Below are positions 9,878 through 19,126 of a DNA stretch of 48,677 nucleotides, piece by piece. Each line of letters starts with the position of its first letter. Within the stretch, counting starts at the first letter, position 1. The notes below the pieces were generated by a model. The model saw nothing but the letters and a program-made list of their open reading frames with translations, did not search any database and was not told the DNA's origin. This DNA is from Candidatus Jordarchaeum sp. LHC_1308 (lineage in GTDB: Archaea; Asgardarchaeota; Jordiarchaeia; Jordiarchaeales; Freyrarchaeaceae), in contig JAHLWX010000003.1 of NCBI GenBank assembly GCA_019057675.1, forward strand, positions 1 to 48,677. Direction: 5' to 3'. Position numbers and translations under genes: made by a program.

Positions 9878-10543
9878 ATGTCGACAAAAGCACACTTTAT
9901 CCGTGGCTCTATTCAAAGAGTTGAAATAGACGAGTTCCTCTCAAAGGAGTTAAAAAAGGCAGGTTATGCTGGCGTGGATCTTCAGAAAACAGCTTTAGGA
10001 ACTAATGTGATCATTTATGCCTCTAAACCCGGATTAGTTATCGGGCGACGGGGAAGGAATATCCAGCAACTTATGGAAATACTCGAAAAAAGGTTCAAGG
10101 TGGAGAATCCTCAGATAAGTGTGCAAGAAACGGAGAAACCAGAGCTTAATGCACGTGTGATGGCCAATCGACTTGCAACCGAGCTGGAGCGTGGTGCTAA
10201 CTACCGTAGGGCAAGCTATTTCATTCTAAGGAGGATAATGAGCGCAGGAGCCCTTGGATGCGAAATCATAATCAGCGGAAAGATAACAAGCCAACGAGCA
10301 AAATACCGTAAGTTCAGACAGGGAGTTCTTGTGAAGTGCGGCGAGCCAGCAGATAAATACGTCGAAGAAGCCGTAGCTTACGCATTACTCAAGCCAGGAG
10401 TGATGGGTGTTAAAGTTAGAATAATGTTACCCAACACTGTTATGCCTGATGCTGTGGAGGTCAAAAAAGAAAAAATAGAGACAGCGGAAGCTGGAAACGT
10501 TGAAGTGGTGGAGGATGAAAAGCGACAGGAGGAGGTAACATGA
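9878..10543 (+). CDS. rps3: 30S ribosomal protein uS3
   Basis: KH-domain r-protein (VIGRRGRNIQQL...). Its position in the cluster is conserved. Confidence 0.95.
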   Translation: MSTKAHFIRGSIQRVEIDEFLSKELKKAGYAGVDLQKTALGTNVIIYASKPGLVIGRRGRNIQQLMEILEKRFKVENPQISVQETEKPELNARVMANRLATELERGANYRRASYFILRRIMSAGALGCEIIISGKITSQRAKYRKFRQGVLVKCGEPADKYVEEAVAYALLKPGVMGVKVRIMLPNTVMPDAVEVKKEKIETAEAGNVEVVEDEKRQEEVT

Positions 10544-10779
10544 GCTACAAGATCAAGGAGGTAAGGTCGTGGAGTGATGAGGAGCTGAAAAGAAAACTTG
10601 AAGAGTTAAGAGCAGAGCAGTTAAGCCAGCGTACGTTAAAAGTGCTCGGTGGCGCCATAGAGAACCCAGCAAGAATAAGAAACATTAGAAGAGCTATTGC
10701 TCGAATTCTTACTATACTAAATGAGAGAAAGAGGAAAGAGAACAGTGAATACGAGGGAAAGAAGCAGGAAAAAGCATGA
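10540..10779 (+). CDS. rpl29: 50S ribosomal protein uL29
   Basis: 79 aa (IKEVRSWSDEELKRKLEELRAE...). It has an ATGA overlap with rps3. Confidence 0.9.
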   Translation: MSYKIKEVRSWSDEELKRKLEELRAEQLSQRTLKVLGGAIENPARIRNIRRAIARILTILNERKRKENSEYEGKKQEKA

Positions 10780-11140
10780 AATATCAACTGGGAACTTAAT
10801 CAGGCATGAAGTTATTGGTTTAAGGGTAACGATCGTAGATAGTTTAAACGATAAATTTATAGGATTTTCAGGAACCCTTATCGATGAGTCACGTAACATG
10901 TTCAAGTTAAGGTGTGAGGATAACGTTGTCAGGATGATTCCCAAGGAGGTGTGCATTTTCAAGTTTGAGCTTCCTAACGGTGATAGTTTGATGGTTGACG
11001 GAAGAATACTGAGTGGACGGGGTGAAGAAAGAATAAAGATGAAGAAGCGGAAGGTTGTATGGCCGCTCATACTTGAAAGACGAATTAGAAATGTAAGATT
11101 TCAACCTAAAGTATGCGAGGTGTTACAGTTTGACCCGTAA
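10721..11140 (+). CDS. rnp1: RNase P protein component 1 (Rpp29/Pop4)
   Basis: It occupies the conserved slot between rpl29 and rps17. Sm-like core: LIRHEVIGLRVTIVDSLNDKFIGFSGTLIDESRNMFKL. The start is uncertain because ATG 10721 overlaps rpl29 by 59 nt. Confidence 0.8.
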   Translation: MRERGKRTVNTRERSRKKHEISTGNLIRHEVIGLRVTIVDSLNDKFIGFSGTLIDESRNMFKLRCEDNVVRMIPKEVCIFKFELPNGDSLMVDGRILSGRGEERIKMKKRKVVWPLILERRIRNVRFQPKVCEVLQFDP

Positions 11141-11462
11141 CATAGGTGTGGATGTTAATCCTCCGCGACAAATTTGCGATGACCTGTATTGTCCATTTCA
11201 CGGAAAGCTTCCAGTTCGTGGTATAATGATCGAGGGAAAAGTGGTAAATGATAAAATGCAAAGAACCGTAACAGTAGAGCGAGAGTATTTAAAATATAAT
11301 ACTAAATATAAGCGCTACGAAAGCAAAAGATCAAAGATTCATGCACATAACCCACCCTGTATAGACGCTAAAATAGGAGATAAAGTTAAGATTATGGAGT
11401 GCCGCCCTCTAGGTAAAACAGTATCTTTCGTTGTTATAGAAAAAGTCTCAGGGAAAGATTGA
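11130..11462 (+). CDS. rps17: 30S ribosomal protein uS17
   Basis: TTG start. The sequence CDDLYCPFHGKLPVRG...VVNDKMQRTVTV is typical of the family. Confidence 0.9.
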   Translation: MTRNIGVDVNPPRQICDDLYCPFHGKLPVRGIMIEGKVVNDKMQRTVTVEREYLKYNTKYKRYESKRSKIHAHNPPCIDAKIGDKVKIMECRPLGKTVSFVVIEKVSGKD

Positions 11463-11477
11463 CGGAGTTGGTGAAAA

Positions 11478-11900
11478 TTGTCTAAGCGAGGTGTAAAGGT
11501 ACGTGTTGGAATAAAGCCCAAGGTTTCTCGAGGGCTACCTTCAGGCGCATACGTTACATGCGCCGATAACTCAGGAGCCAAATTAGTCCAGATTATATCG
11601 GTAATAGGTTATAAGGGACGACTTAATAGGTTTCCATCTGCAGGCGTTGGAGATATGGTATCGGTAGCAGTCAAAGAAGGAACGCCTGAAATGAGAAGGC
11701 AGGTTTTAAGGGCCATTGTCGTTAGGCAGAGAAAGCCGTATAGAAGGAAGAATGGGGAATGGATACAATTTGAAGATAACGCAGTAGTTATAGTGTCTCC
11801 TGAAGGCGACCCTAAAGGGTCTGAAGTGCATGGACCAATAGCGCGGGAGGCAGCTGAAAGGTGGCCTAAGTTGGCAGGTATAGCGAGCATAATAGTTTAA
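11478..11900 (+). CDS. rpl14: 50S ribosomal protein uL14
   Basis: The sequence [16 protein letters not shown]...[11 protein letters not shown] is typical of the family. Confidence 0.95.
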   Translation: MSKRGVKVRVGIKPKVSRGLPSGAYVTCADNSGAKLVQIISVIGYKGRLNRFPSAGVGDMVSVAVKEGTPEMRRQVLRAIVVRQRKPYRRKNGEWIQFEDNAVVIVSPEGDPKGSEVHGPIAREAAERWPKLAGIASIIV

Positions 11901-12290
11901 ATGGTGATAATTATGAATAGAACAACAGTAAGTCCTCGAAAGCAAAGGAAAGCACTGTATAATGCGCCGCTCCATTTGAGACACAAGATGTTTGGCGCAA
12001 GACTTGCCCCGGAACTTAGAGAAAAATATGGCATTAAAACTCTTCCTGTCCGCGAAGGGGACGAAGTCCTAATAATGCGGGGAGTATTTAAGGGAACTGA
12101 GGGGAAAGTTGTGGAAGTAGACACTAAAAAATACCGGGTTCATGTGGAAAACGTAACTATAGAAAAAGCTGATGGGACGATAACTTATTACCCTATTCAT
12201 CCCTCTAAGTTGATGATAACCAAGCTCAAACTTGACGATGATGTAAGGAAAAGAATTATAGAGAGAAAGAGGGGACATGTGGAGGAGTAA
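11901..12290 (+). CDS. rpl24: 50S ribosomal protein uL24
   Basis: KOW motif ([23 protein letters not shown]). The start may instead be ATG 11913. Confidence 0.9.
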   Translation: MVIIMNRTTVSPRKQRKALYNAPLHLRHKMFGARLAPELREKYGIKTLPVREGDEVLIMRGVFKGTEGKVVEVDTKKYRVHVENVTIEKADGTITYYPIHPSKLMITKLKLDDDVRKRIIERKRGHVEE

Positions 12291-13055
12291 GTGATGGGCA
12301 AGATGGGACAAAGAAGACATATTAAACGAATAGCTGCTCCGAGATATTGGCCTATCCCCAGAAAAACAGTGACATGGGTTGTTAAGTCCAGTCCAGGGCC
12401 CCATGCTGTTAAAGAGTCTATTCCATTGCTGATTTTGGTTCGTGACTTGCTGAAAATAGCAAACGATGCACGTGAAGCGAAAAAAATAATAAAGCAAGGA
12501 CATGTTAAGGTGGATGGAGTAGCGAGGAAGGACTACAAGTTTCCTATCGGATTGATGGATGTTGTGGAGATTCCATTAGTAAACATGTCTTTCAGAGTTC
12601 TTCCTTCAAAAAAAGGGTTCACGTTACTTCCAATAGACGGAAGTGAAACAGAATTTAAGCTCTGCCAAATAAGAAACATCATGACGGTCAAAGGAGGAAA
12701 CATTCAACTGGCGCTTCACGACGGCAGAAATATATTACTTCGAGTGGATAACCCCAAACTTTCCCCTTACGAGTTATATCCTTACAAGACGCGGGACACC
12801 GTGAAGATATTACTGGAAAATCAAGAAATAGTCGACCATGTTCCATTCAGAGAGGGAGCATACTCTCTAATTAGTAGCGGAAAGATGAGGGGGGAGCAGG
12901 GTGAAATCTTAGAGATAAGAAGACGACTTGGACGCAGGACAAGCACTGCGATAATCCGGAAAGATGATAATTTGATTGAAACGATACTGGACTACGTGTT
13001 TCCCATAGGTATAGGGCGATCTTTAATAAAACTTCCTGAGAGCGGAGGGACTTAG
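12291..13055 (+). CDS. rps4e: 30S ribosomal protein eS4
   Basis: The sequence HIKRIAAPRYWPIPRKT...KVDGVARKDYKFPIGLMDVV is typical of the family. Confidence 0.95.
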   Translation: MMGKMGQRRHIKRIAAPRYWPIPRKTVTWVVKSSPGPHAVKESIPLLILVRDLLKIANDAREAKKIIKQGHVKVDGVARKDYKFPIGLMDVVEIPLVNMSFRVLPSKKGFTLLPIDGSETEFKLCQIRNIMTVKGGNIQLALHDGRNILLRVDNPKLSPYELYPYKTRDTVKILLENQEIVDHVPFREGAYSLISSGKMRGEQGEILEIRRRLGRRTSTAIIRKDDNLIETILDYVFPIGIGRSLIKLPESGGT

Positions 13056-13056
13056 A

Positions 13057-13629
13057 GTGGAGCAGGTGATAGACATAGACGAAAAAAGTATAGAGGAAAA
13101 GTGGAAGAATCCAATGTATAGGCCGTTCATAGCAAAGGTTGTGGTAAACATAGGTGTTGGTTCCAGTGGTGAAAAACTTGTAAAAGCCATGAAAGTTTTA
13201 GAGTCAATATCTGGTCAGAAGCCTGTCGAGTGCAGAGCAAAGAAAACGATAAGAGATTTCGGGATCCGGAGAAATGAACCTATAGGATGCAAAGTAACAC
13301 TTAGAGGAGAAGCAGCAATGAGATTCCTAGAAAAAGCGTTAGATGCTGTGGAAAGAACGATAAATCCCGACTCGTTTGACAATCACGGTAACTTGTCATT
13401 TGGCATACGTGAACATATAGATATACCGGGAACCAAGTATGACCCTGAACTTGGCGTCTTCGGCATGGATGTATGTATTTCTTTTGAAAGACCAGGATAC
13501 CGTGTTAGTAGGAGAAGGAGGAGAAAATCGAAAATTCCAAGAAAGCAAAGAGTCACCAAGGAAGAAGCGATGTTGATACTGAAAAAGAAGTTTAACGTAA
13601 CGTTTGGTGAAAGAAAGAAAATATGGTGA
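13057..13629 (+). CDS. rpl5: 50S ribosomal protein uL5
   Basis: The sequence [13 protein letters not shown]...[11 protein letters not shown] is typical of the family. Confidence 0.95.
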   Translation: MEQVIDIDEKSIEEKWKNPMYRPFIAKVVVNIGVGSSGEKLVKAMKVLESISGQKPVECRAKKTIRDFGIRRNEPIGCKVTLRGEAAMRFLEKALDAVERTINPDSFDNHGNLSFGIREHIDIPGTKYDPELGVFGMDVCISFERPGYRVSRRRRRKSKIPRKQRVTKEEAMLILKKKFNVTFGERKKIW

Positions 13630-13652
13630 AAGAATTAAGGAGAGGGGATTGT

Positions 13653-13796
13653 ATGTCTAAGAAGTTCGGTAAGGGAAGCCGCGTGTGCCGTAACTGTGGG
13701 ACGCATAGAGGGCTAATAAGACGCTACGGATTAATGATCTGCCGTAGATGTTTTAGAGAAAAAGCTGAAAGAATGGGCTTTAAAAAGTATAATTAA
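13653..13796 (+). CDS. rps14: 30S ribosomal protein uS14 (zinc-ribbon type)
   Basis: Absent from the ORF track because it is short. My hand translation is [47 protein letters not shown], with CxxC...CxxC. An AGGAG SD-like element lies upstream. An alternative GTG start is at 13626. Confidence 0.85.
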   Translation: MSKKFGKGSRVCRNCGTHRGLIRRYGLMICRRCFREKAERMGFKKYN

Positions 13797-13819
13797 AAAG
13801 TATTAAGGAGGCGGGGCAT

Positions 13820-14209
13820 ATGCTACTGGATCCTCTGGCAGACGCATTATCAAACATAATGAACTCTGAGAAGGTTGGCAAAAAAGATGTTATAATCAAA
13901 ATAGCATCTAAACTAGTCGGCAACGTCTTACACGTTATGCAAAAATACGGGTATATAGGAGAGTTTGAACACATAGATGACGGAAGAGCGGGAAAGTTCA
14001 GAGTGCAACTTCTAGGTAGGATAAATAATTGCAACGTTATCAAGCCAAGGTTCCCAGTAAAATTTAAAGATATCGATGAAACAGAGAAAAAATATCTTCC
14101 CGGCCAAGGAATAGGAATACTGATCCTAACGACTTCTCAAGGTGTAATGTCACATTATGAGGCAAAAGAAAGAAAAATTGGTGGACGACTTTTAGCCTAC
14201 GTTTATTAG
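13820..14209 (+). CDS. rps8: 30S ribosomal protein uS8
   Basis: The sequence [19 protein letters not shown] is typical of the family. Confidence 0.95.
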   Translation: MLLDPLADALSNIMNSEKVGKKDVIIKIASKLVGNVLHVMQKYGYIGEFEHIDDGRAGKFRVQLLGRINNCNVIKPRFPVKFKDIDETEKKYLPGQGIGILILTTSQGVMSHYEAKERKIGGRLLAYVY

Positions 14210-14216
14210 ACACTCT

Positions 14217-14248
14217 TCATTTGTTTGGGTTTTTAACAAAACAAATGA
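14217..14248. terminator. Perfect 10-bp hairpin between the convergent rps8 and rpl6 genes
   Basis: TCATTTGTTT (14217-14226) pairs with AAACAAATGA (14239-14248). The loop is 12 nt and T-rich. T/A tracts flank it on both strands. Confidence 0.45.
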
Positions 14249-14257
14249 AAAACAGTG

Positions 14258-14839
14258 TTACAATATTTTCCATAAAAGTTTTTCTCCGGCGTATTTGCGG
14301 TAAACATATATACCATCTTGGAAAACTCTCGGATCTTTCCCCTTAATCTTTGTTGCTTGTCGTATGTTGGCGGCGCTTTGCCCCACAGCCTCAACATCGA
14401 TACCTGTCAGGATTATATCGTCCTTTTCAATTTTAACGTTAACTCCGGGAAGGACCCATGTTTTTCTAGGACTCTTCTCGCCTAGGAAGTTTTCTATGAG
14501 CACTTCTCTCGTTTCCGGTATGAACTTTACACTGATGGGGAAGTGCGCGTATACAATTTTCATCACGTATTTGTAGCTCTGAGTGACCCCTATAATCATA
14601 TTTTTAATGTGACTTCTCACACTTCCTAGGACAGCTAGTTGTTTTTTCTTAGCATAATAAGATTCCAAAACGATTTTTCTGTCTTCTTTTCTTATTGTTA
14701 TGCCTCTGGCATGAGAGAAGTCTTTTTCCAGTTTGCCGAGGGGGCCGCTGACACTTACTTTCATCCCATCGATGCTTATTTCTACATTATTTGGTATCTC
14801 GATTTCCAATGTTGTACAAACCGATTTAACCATCTGCAT
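14258..14839 (-). CDS. rpl6: 50S ribosomal protein uL6, inverted relative to the rest of the cluster
   Basis: The sequence IEIPNNVEISIDGMKVSVSGPLGKLEKDF...GVTQSYKYVMKIVYAHFPISV...GIDVEAVGQSAANIRQ is clearly uL6, but it is encoded on the minus strand. Confidence 0.9.
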   Translation of the reverse strand: MQMVKSVCTTLEIEIPNNVEISIDGMKVSVSGPLGKLEKDFSHARGITIRKEDRKIVLESYYAKKKQLAVLGSVRSHIKNMIIGVTQSYKYVMKIVYAHFPISVKFIPETREVLIENFLGEKSPRKTWVLPGVNVKIEKDDIILTGIDVEAVGQSAANIRQATKIKGKDPRVFQDGIYVYRKYAGEKLLWKIL

Positions 14840-14926
14840 CTTCCCCTGAAAGATGAGTCAATGGGGAAGAAAAAAGGAGAGGCTTAAATCTATTTCGCAA
14901 ACTTTCCTTGGAAAAAGGCTGTCCAT

Positions 14927-15589
14927 TCACCTTTTAATACGTTCACTCCACTCTTCAAGCTTACCCATTATCTCCTCGGCTGTTTTGATGTCTAGCTTTG
15001 CCGTTCCACTTGCCCTTAACTGCTTAATTAGCTGTGAAATCTCATAAAATATCGGGCCATGAACTCTCGATTGTAACTGGTCTCTGGCCTCTTCTAGTGC
15101 TCGGGCTATATCTTCGGCTGGCCGGCTTCTTTCAAGCGCCTCAACTACCTGTGAAAACGCGGGAGAGACACGCACACCAAAACTTCTAACGGCTATCGTC
15201 CCCTCGATAAGATGTTGAGGTTGAACGGGGGATACTCCTTCAACGGTTGCTATTGTTTCTTTAGATTTGCCCGCAAGAAGTCCCTCAACACGCCTCACGC
15301 TATTTAGTATTTCATCCATTTTCGTTAATGAGACAGTCAAGCCAGTAGTTGCTTGACGCACTTCATTTAACACGTTTCGGAGCTCGCTTATTGATGCCCT
15401 AATTTCGCCAAAAACTCCAAAGACAGCCTTTGAAAAATCATCGAGAACAACTTTAACGGCAGAAATTTCCTCTAAAAGTTTTTCAACAAACTTATCCTTA
15501 CCTGCCTCCAAGAAGGCACCCTCCAACCAACATAATCCTTTAAGCTCAACATTGACCCAACATGGCTTCAGATGAAAATATTTGTTCAT
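14927..15589 (-). CDS. Hypothetical protein, predicted coiled-coil, upstream of and co-oriented with rpl6
   Basis: 220-aa ORF. Heptad-like helical sequence (ISELRNVLNEVRQATTGLTVSLTKMDEILNSVRRVEGLL). I recognise no motif. The start is uncertain. Confidence 0.5.
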   Translation of the reverse strand: MNKYFHLKPCWVNVELKGLCWLEGAFLEAGKDKFVEKLLEEISAVKVVLDDFSKAVFGVFGEIRASISELRNVLNEVRQATTGLTVSLTKMDEILNSVRRVEGLLAGKSKETIATVEGVSPVQPQHLIEGTIAVRSFGVRVSPAFSQVVEALERSRPAEDIARALEEARDQLQSRVHGPIFYEISQLIKQLRASGTAKLDIKTAEEIMGKLEEWSERIKR

Positions 15590-15763
15590 CCAGCCAAAAA
15601 TACTTTTCTTTATTTCTTTGTGGAATAAAACATCCCGCTATTTATTGTTGGAGAGAGCGGAAGATGGAATTAGGATGTGAAGCGGGAAAGAAAAGTTTAA
15701 ATTTTAACGGTTTGTTGGTAAATGCCGAAACACTATGTTTGACAATGTTTCTAAAGTAAGTGG

Positions 15764-16453
15764 TTGCCGCTGATCTATGAATCCTTATTGGTGGGAAAGA
15801 TCTTGACGGAGAAGAGGCTCTTAGTGCTTAGAAAGAGGTTGAAGGCACAAAAGCCAGACTTTGTTAGATGTGAGAGCTGGAGGTATGCCAGGGTAAAACC
15901 AAACTGGAGAAGGCCAAGAGGAATAGATAACAAGATGAGAGAGAAGAAAAAAGGATGGCCCAAGGCGCCTAATGTAGGTTATCGAGCGCCTAGAAAGGTC
16001 AGATACCTTCATCCTTCAGGATTTAAAGAGGTTATTGTTTGGAGGGCTGAAGACTTAGAAAGCTTGGATCCCGAGGTTCATGCCATAAGGATTGCAGGCA
16101 ATGTAGGGGATAAGAAAGCATTTAAGATAATGGAGAAAGCTGAAGAGAAGGGTTTTTGGATTATTAATCCTAGGATAACTAAAGAAGAAGTTGAGGAGGA
16201 GCTTGTAGAGGAAGCCGTGGAAGTTGCAGATGTCGAGAAGGCCGAACTAGAGGAGGGAGCGCGTCTTTCAGAGGTTGAATGGATTGATGAGGAGAGCGCC
16301 AAGAAGTTAGAGGAGGTCGGCGTACTCACACTTACGGCTCTTGCTGAGGAAGAAGATCTTGGAGAGCTTTCCGAGATAACAGGGATACCTTTAAGCAAGC
16401 TTGAGGAGTGGGTTAAGAAAGCTAAAGAAGCCAGTAAGGAGGAGAAGAAATGA
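15764..16453 (+). CDS. rpl32e: 50S ribosomal protein eL32 with an ~95-aa acidic/HhH-like C-terminal extension
   Basis: eL32 core: KPDFVRCESWRYARVKPNWRRPRGIDNKMR...AIRIAGNVG. TTG start. The C-terminal extension is EELVEEAVEV...EITGIPLSKLEEWVKKA. Confidence 0.85.
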   Translation: MPLIYESLLVGKILTEKRLLVLRKRLKAQKPDFVRCESWRYARVKPNWRRPRGIDNKMREKKKGWPKAPNVGYRAPRKVRYLHPSGFKEVIVWRAEDLESLDPEVHAIRIAGNVGDKKAFKIMEKAEEKGFWIINPRITKEEVEEELVEEAVEVADVEKAELEEGARLSEVEWIDEESAKKLEEVGVLTLTALAEEEDLGELSEITGIPLSKLEEWVKKAKEASKEEKK

Positions 16454-16899
16454 ACTTGTCGGTTCAGAGAAGGCTTGCCGCCGAGATACTCGATGTCGGT
16501 GTGAACAGAGTTTGGTTTGACCCAGAGAGGCTGGAAGAGATTTCGGCGGCAGTTACACGTGAAGATGTGCGTAGCCTGATAAAGCAGGGGGCAATAAAAG
16601 CTAGCCCCAAAGTGGGAGTTAGCAGAGCGAGGGCGAGAAAGCTATGCGAGAAAAAGAAAAAAGGGCGACGTAGGGGTCCAGGAAGTAGAAGGGGAAAAGC
16701 TACTGCGCGCATGCCTAATAAAGAGAAATGGATGACGAGAATTAGAGCAATAAGAACATTTCTTAAACATTTAAGGGCGAGACGCATAATAACACAGAAC
16801 ATTTATAGAAAGCTTTACAGAATGGCTAAAGGCGGCGCATTTGAAAGTGTCGCATACCTAAAGAACTACATAAGGGAGAAAAGGTTAACGAGAAAGTAA
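16450..16899 (+). CDS. rpl19e: 50S ribosomal protein eL19
   Basis: The sequence QRRLAAEILDVGVNRVWFDP...KGRRRGPGSRRG is typical of the family. ATGA overlap with the upstream gene. Confidence 0.95.
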   Translation: MNLSVQRRLAAEILDVGVNRVWFDPERLEEISAAVTREDVRSLIKQGAIKASPKVGVSRARARKLCEKKKKGRRRGPGSRRGKATARMPNKEKWMTRIRAIRTFLKHLRARRIITQNIYRKLYRMAKGGAFESVAYLKNYIREKRLTRK

Positions 16900-16908
16900 G
16901 GGCGAGGA

Positions 16909-17514
16909 ATGATTCTTATGGCAAGAGGGGCACGATATAGATTAGCGTTCAGAAGGCGACGTGAAAGCAGAACAAATTACAGGCGCAGAATGAAGTTAGT
17001 TGTTTCTGGCATGATGAGGCTTGTGGTTCATGGAAGTCTCAATAACTTTTCGGTACAACTAATAGATTCAAAGTTTGGCGGAGATAGGACTTTAGTCTCA
17101 GCTCATTCAAGAGAATTAATTAAAAAGTATGGTTGGAAGGGGCACTGTGGGAATATACCTACAGCTTACCTTACAGGTTTTCTGCTTGCTTTAAAGGCCA
17201 AGAAAACTGGATTTGAACGCGCTATACTTGACATTGGCTTACACCCTCCAGTTAAAGGAAGCCGAGTTTTCGCGGCCCTTAAAGGGGCACTGGATGGCGG
17301 AATGGAGATCCCTCACGGGGAGGACGTTTTCCCAAGTGAGGAGAGGATAAGGGGGGAACATATAGCAGAATATGCGAAGCGTCTTTTAGAGGAGAATCCA
17401 GAGCTTTACGCTAAACGTTTTTCAGCTCAAATTAAGCGAGGGGTTCGACCAGAAGAATTACCTAAGCATTTTAACAAGGTTAGAGAGATAATACTTAAGG
17501 AGTTTGGAGGTTAG
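16909..17514 (+). CDS. rpl18: 50S ribosomal protein uL18
   Basis: The sequence RRRRESRTNYRRR...NIPTAYLTGFLLA is typical of the family. Confidence 0.95.
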   Translation: MILMARGARYRLAFRRRRESRTNYRRRMKLVVSGMMRLVVHGSLNNFSVQLIDSKFGGDRTLVSAHSRELIKKYGWKGHCGNIPTAYLTGFLLALKAKKTGFERAILDIGLHPPVKGSRVFAALKGALDGGMEIPHGEDVFPSEERIRGEHIAEYAKRLLEENPELYAKRFSAQIKRGVRPEELPKHFNKVREIILKEFGG

Positions 17515-17517
17515 ACT

Positions 17518-18150
17518 TTGGAGTCAGATGAACATGAACTAGAGACATGGAAGCCTAGAACCGAGCTGGGAAGGCTCGTTAAAGAGGGGCGTATTACAAG
17601 CATAGAGGAAATTTTCGCGCAAGGATTGAAAATAAAGGAACCACAAATCGTTGATTTACTTTTACCAGACCTAGAAGATGAAGTAGTAGAGGTAAGCATT
17701 GTTCAGAAGCAAACGGATGCAGGGGAAAGAACGAGGTTTAAGGCATTAGTGGCTGTAGGAAACAAAAGAGGTTACGTCGGATTGGGAACCGCTAAGGCTA
17801 CGGAAATAGGGCCAGCAATAAGGAAAGCCGTAATAAACGCTAGAATGTCAATGACCCCTATAAGGCTGGCCTGCGGAAGCTGGGAGTGTAGTTGTGGTGT
17901 CCCTCACACTCTTCCGTTCAAGGTATATGGAAAATCGGGGAGCGTTGAAGTGACGCTGATACCCGCCCCGCGCGGTCTTGGGCTAGTGACGGCCGACGTT
18001 GCAAAAATAGTTTTAAGACTGGCGGGCGTAAAGGACGCATGGTCATTCGCTAGGGGGCACACTAGAAACACGTTAAACCTAGCGTATGCTACCTTCAATG
18101 CACTTAAGCAGACTACTAAGATGCTTGCTCCAAACGACTGGAGGCGTTAA
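17518..18150 (+). CDS. rps5: 30S ribosomal protein uS5
   Basis: The sequence WKPRTELGRLV...VGNKRGYVGLGTAKA...APRGLGLV is typical of the family. TTG start. Confidence 0.95.
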   Translation: MESDEHELETWKPRTELGRLVKEGRITSIEEIFAQGLKIKEPQIVDLLLPDLEDEVVEVSIVQKQTDAGERTRFKALVAVGNKRGYVGLGTAKATEIGPAIRKAVINARMSMTPIRLACGSWECSCGVPHTLPFKVYGKSGSVEVTLIPAPRGLGLVTADVAKIVLRLAGVKDAWSFARGHTRNTLNLAYATFNALKQTTKMLAPNDWRR

Positions 18151-18151
18151 G

Positions 18152-18631
18152 TTGAGCAACAATAATTTACTTGTTATAATAAGAATAAGAGGAAACGTAG
18201 GAGTTAGAAAAGAGATACGTGAAACATTGAAAATGCTAAGACTAAATAGGGTTAATCACGCGGTAGTAGTGCCAAACACGCCGAGCTATCAAGGTATGCT
18301 TCAAAAAGTTAAGGATTATGTGACTTGGGGGGAAATAAGCAAAGAAACATTAGCTCTTCTTCTCGAAAAAAGAGGACTTCTTGAGGGAAATAAACGCCTA
18401 ACAAATGATTTTCTCTTAGAAAACCTGAAAATAAAATCTATAGAAGAATTGGCTGAGAAAATATATAACGGAAAAATAAAGTTGAGTGAGGTGCCAAAAC
18501 TTAAGCCCGTTTTTAGATTACATCCCCCCAGAGGAGGATTTGCAAGGAAAAAAAGGAGACCTTATAGAGATGGAGGAGAACTGGGCTATAGGGGGACGGA
18601 TATAAATAAGCTAATAAAGAGAATGGCTTAA
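18152..18631 (+). CDS. rpl30: 50S ribosomal protein uL30
   Basis: The sequence LLVIIRIRGNVGVRKEIRETLKMLRLNRVNHAVVV is typical of the family. I trimmed the track ORF (18086) to the TTG that follows the rps5 stop. Confidence 0.9.
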   Translation: MSNNNLLVIIRIRGNVGVRKEIRETLKMLRLNRVNHAVVVPNTPSYQGMLQKVKDYVTWGEISKETLALLLEKRGLLEGNKRLTNDFLLENLKIKSIEELAEKIYNGKIKLSEVPKLKPVFRLHPPRGGFARKKRRPYRDGGELGYRGTDINKLIKRMA

Positions 18632-18650
18632 GCCTCGAGGTGCCATAGTC

Positions 18651-19073
18651 ATGATTAGGAGAAAAAAGCGGTCACGGGAAATGAGGGGAAGCAGAACTCA
18701 TGGGTATGGCAGAGTAGGGCAGCACCGAGGAAGTGGGCAGCGTGGCGGCAAAGGGAAGGCAGGCGGGCATAAGCATTTCTGGATATGGGTTTTGAAGTAT
18801 GCACGAGATTACTTCGGAAAGCATGGCTTTAAGAGACATGGAGTATTTAGGGAGTGGATTACTTTGAACTTAAGCGATATTGAGGAGAGCCTAGAGGACT
18901 TTAAGTCAGGAGAGGAAGATGGCCTCCCGCTGGTTGACTTAACTAGGATGGGGTACGTGAAAGTTCTCGGCTCCGGTAAATTAACTAAGCCGGTAATAGT
19001 GAAGGCGCATGCTTTCAGTGAGATGGCAACCCAAAAAATTGAGGAAGCAGGAGGAAAAATAATAAAGGCCTAA
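18651..19073 (+). CDS. rpl15: 50S ribosomal protein uL15
   Basis: The sequence RGSRTHGYGRVGQHRGSGQRGGKGKAG is typical of the family. Confidence 0.95.
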   Translation: MIRRKKRSREMRGSRTHGYGRVGQHRGSGQRGGKGKAGGHKHFWIWVLKYARDYFGKHGFKRHGVFREWITLNLSDIEESLEDFKSGEEDGLPLVDLTRMGYVKVLGSGKLTKPVIVKAHAFSEMATQKIEEAGGKIIKA

Positions 19074-19126
19074 GAGCATTTAGGAGAGGTAAGCGGTAAG
19101 ACATTAAAAACTATTACATAAGACTG

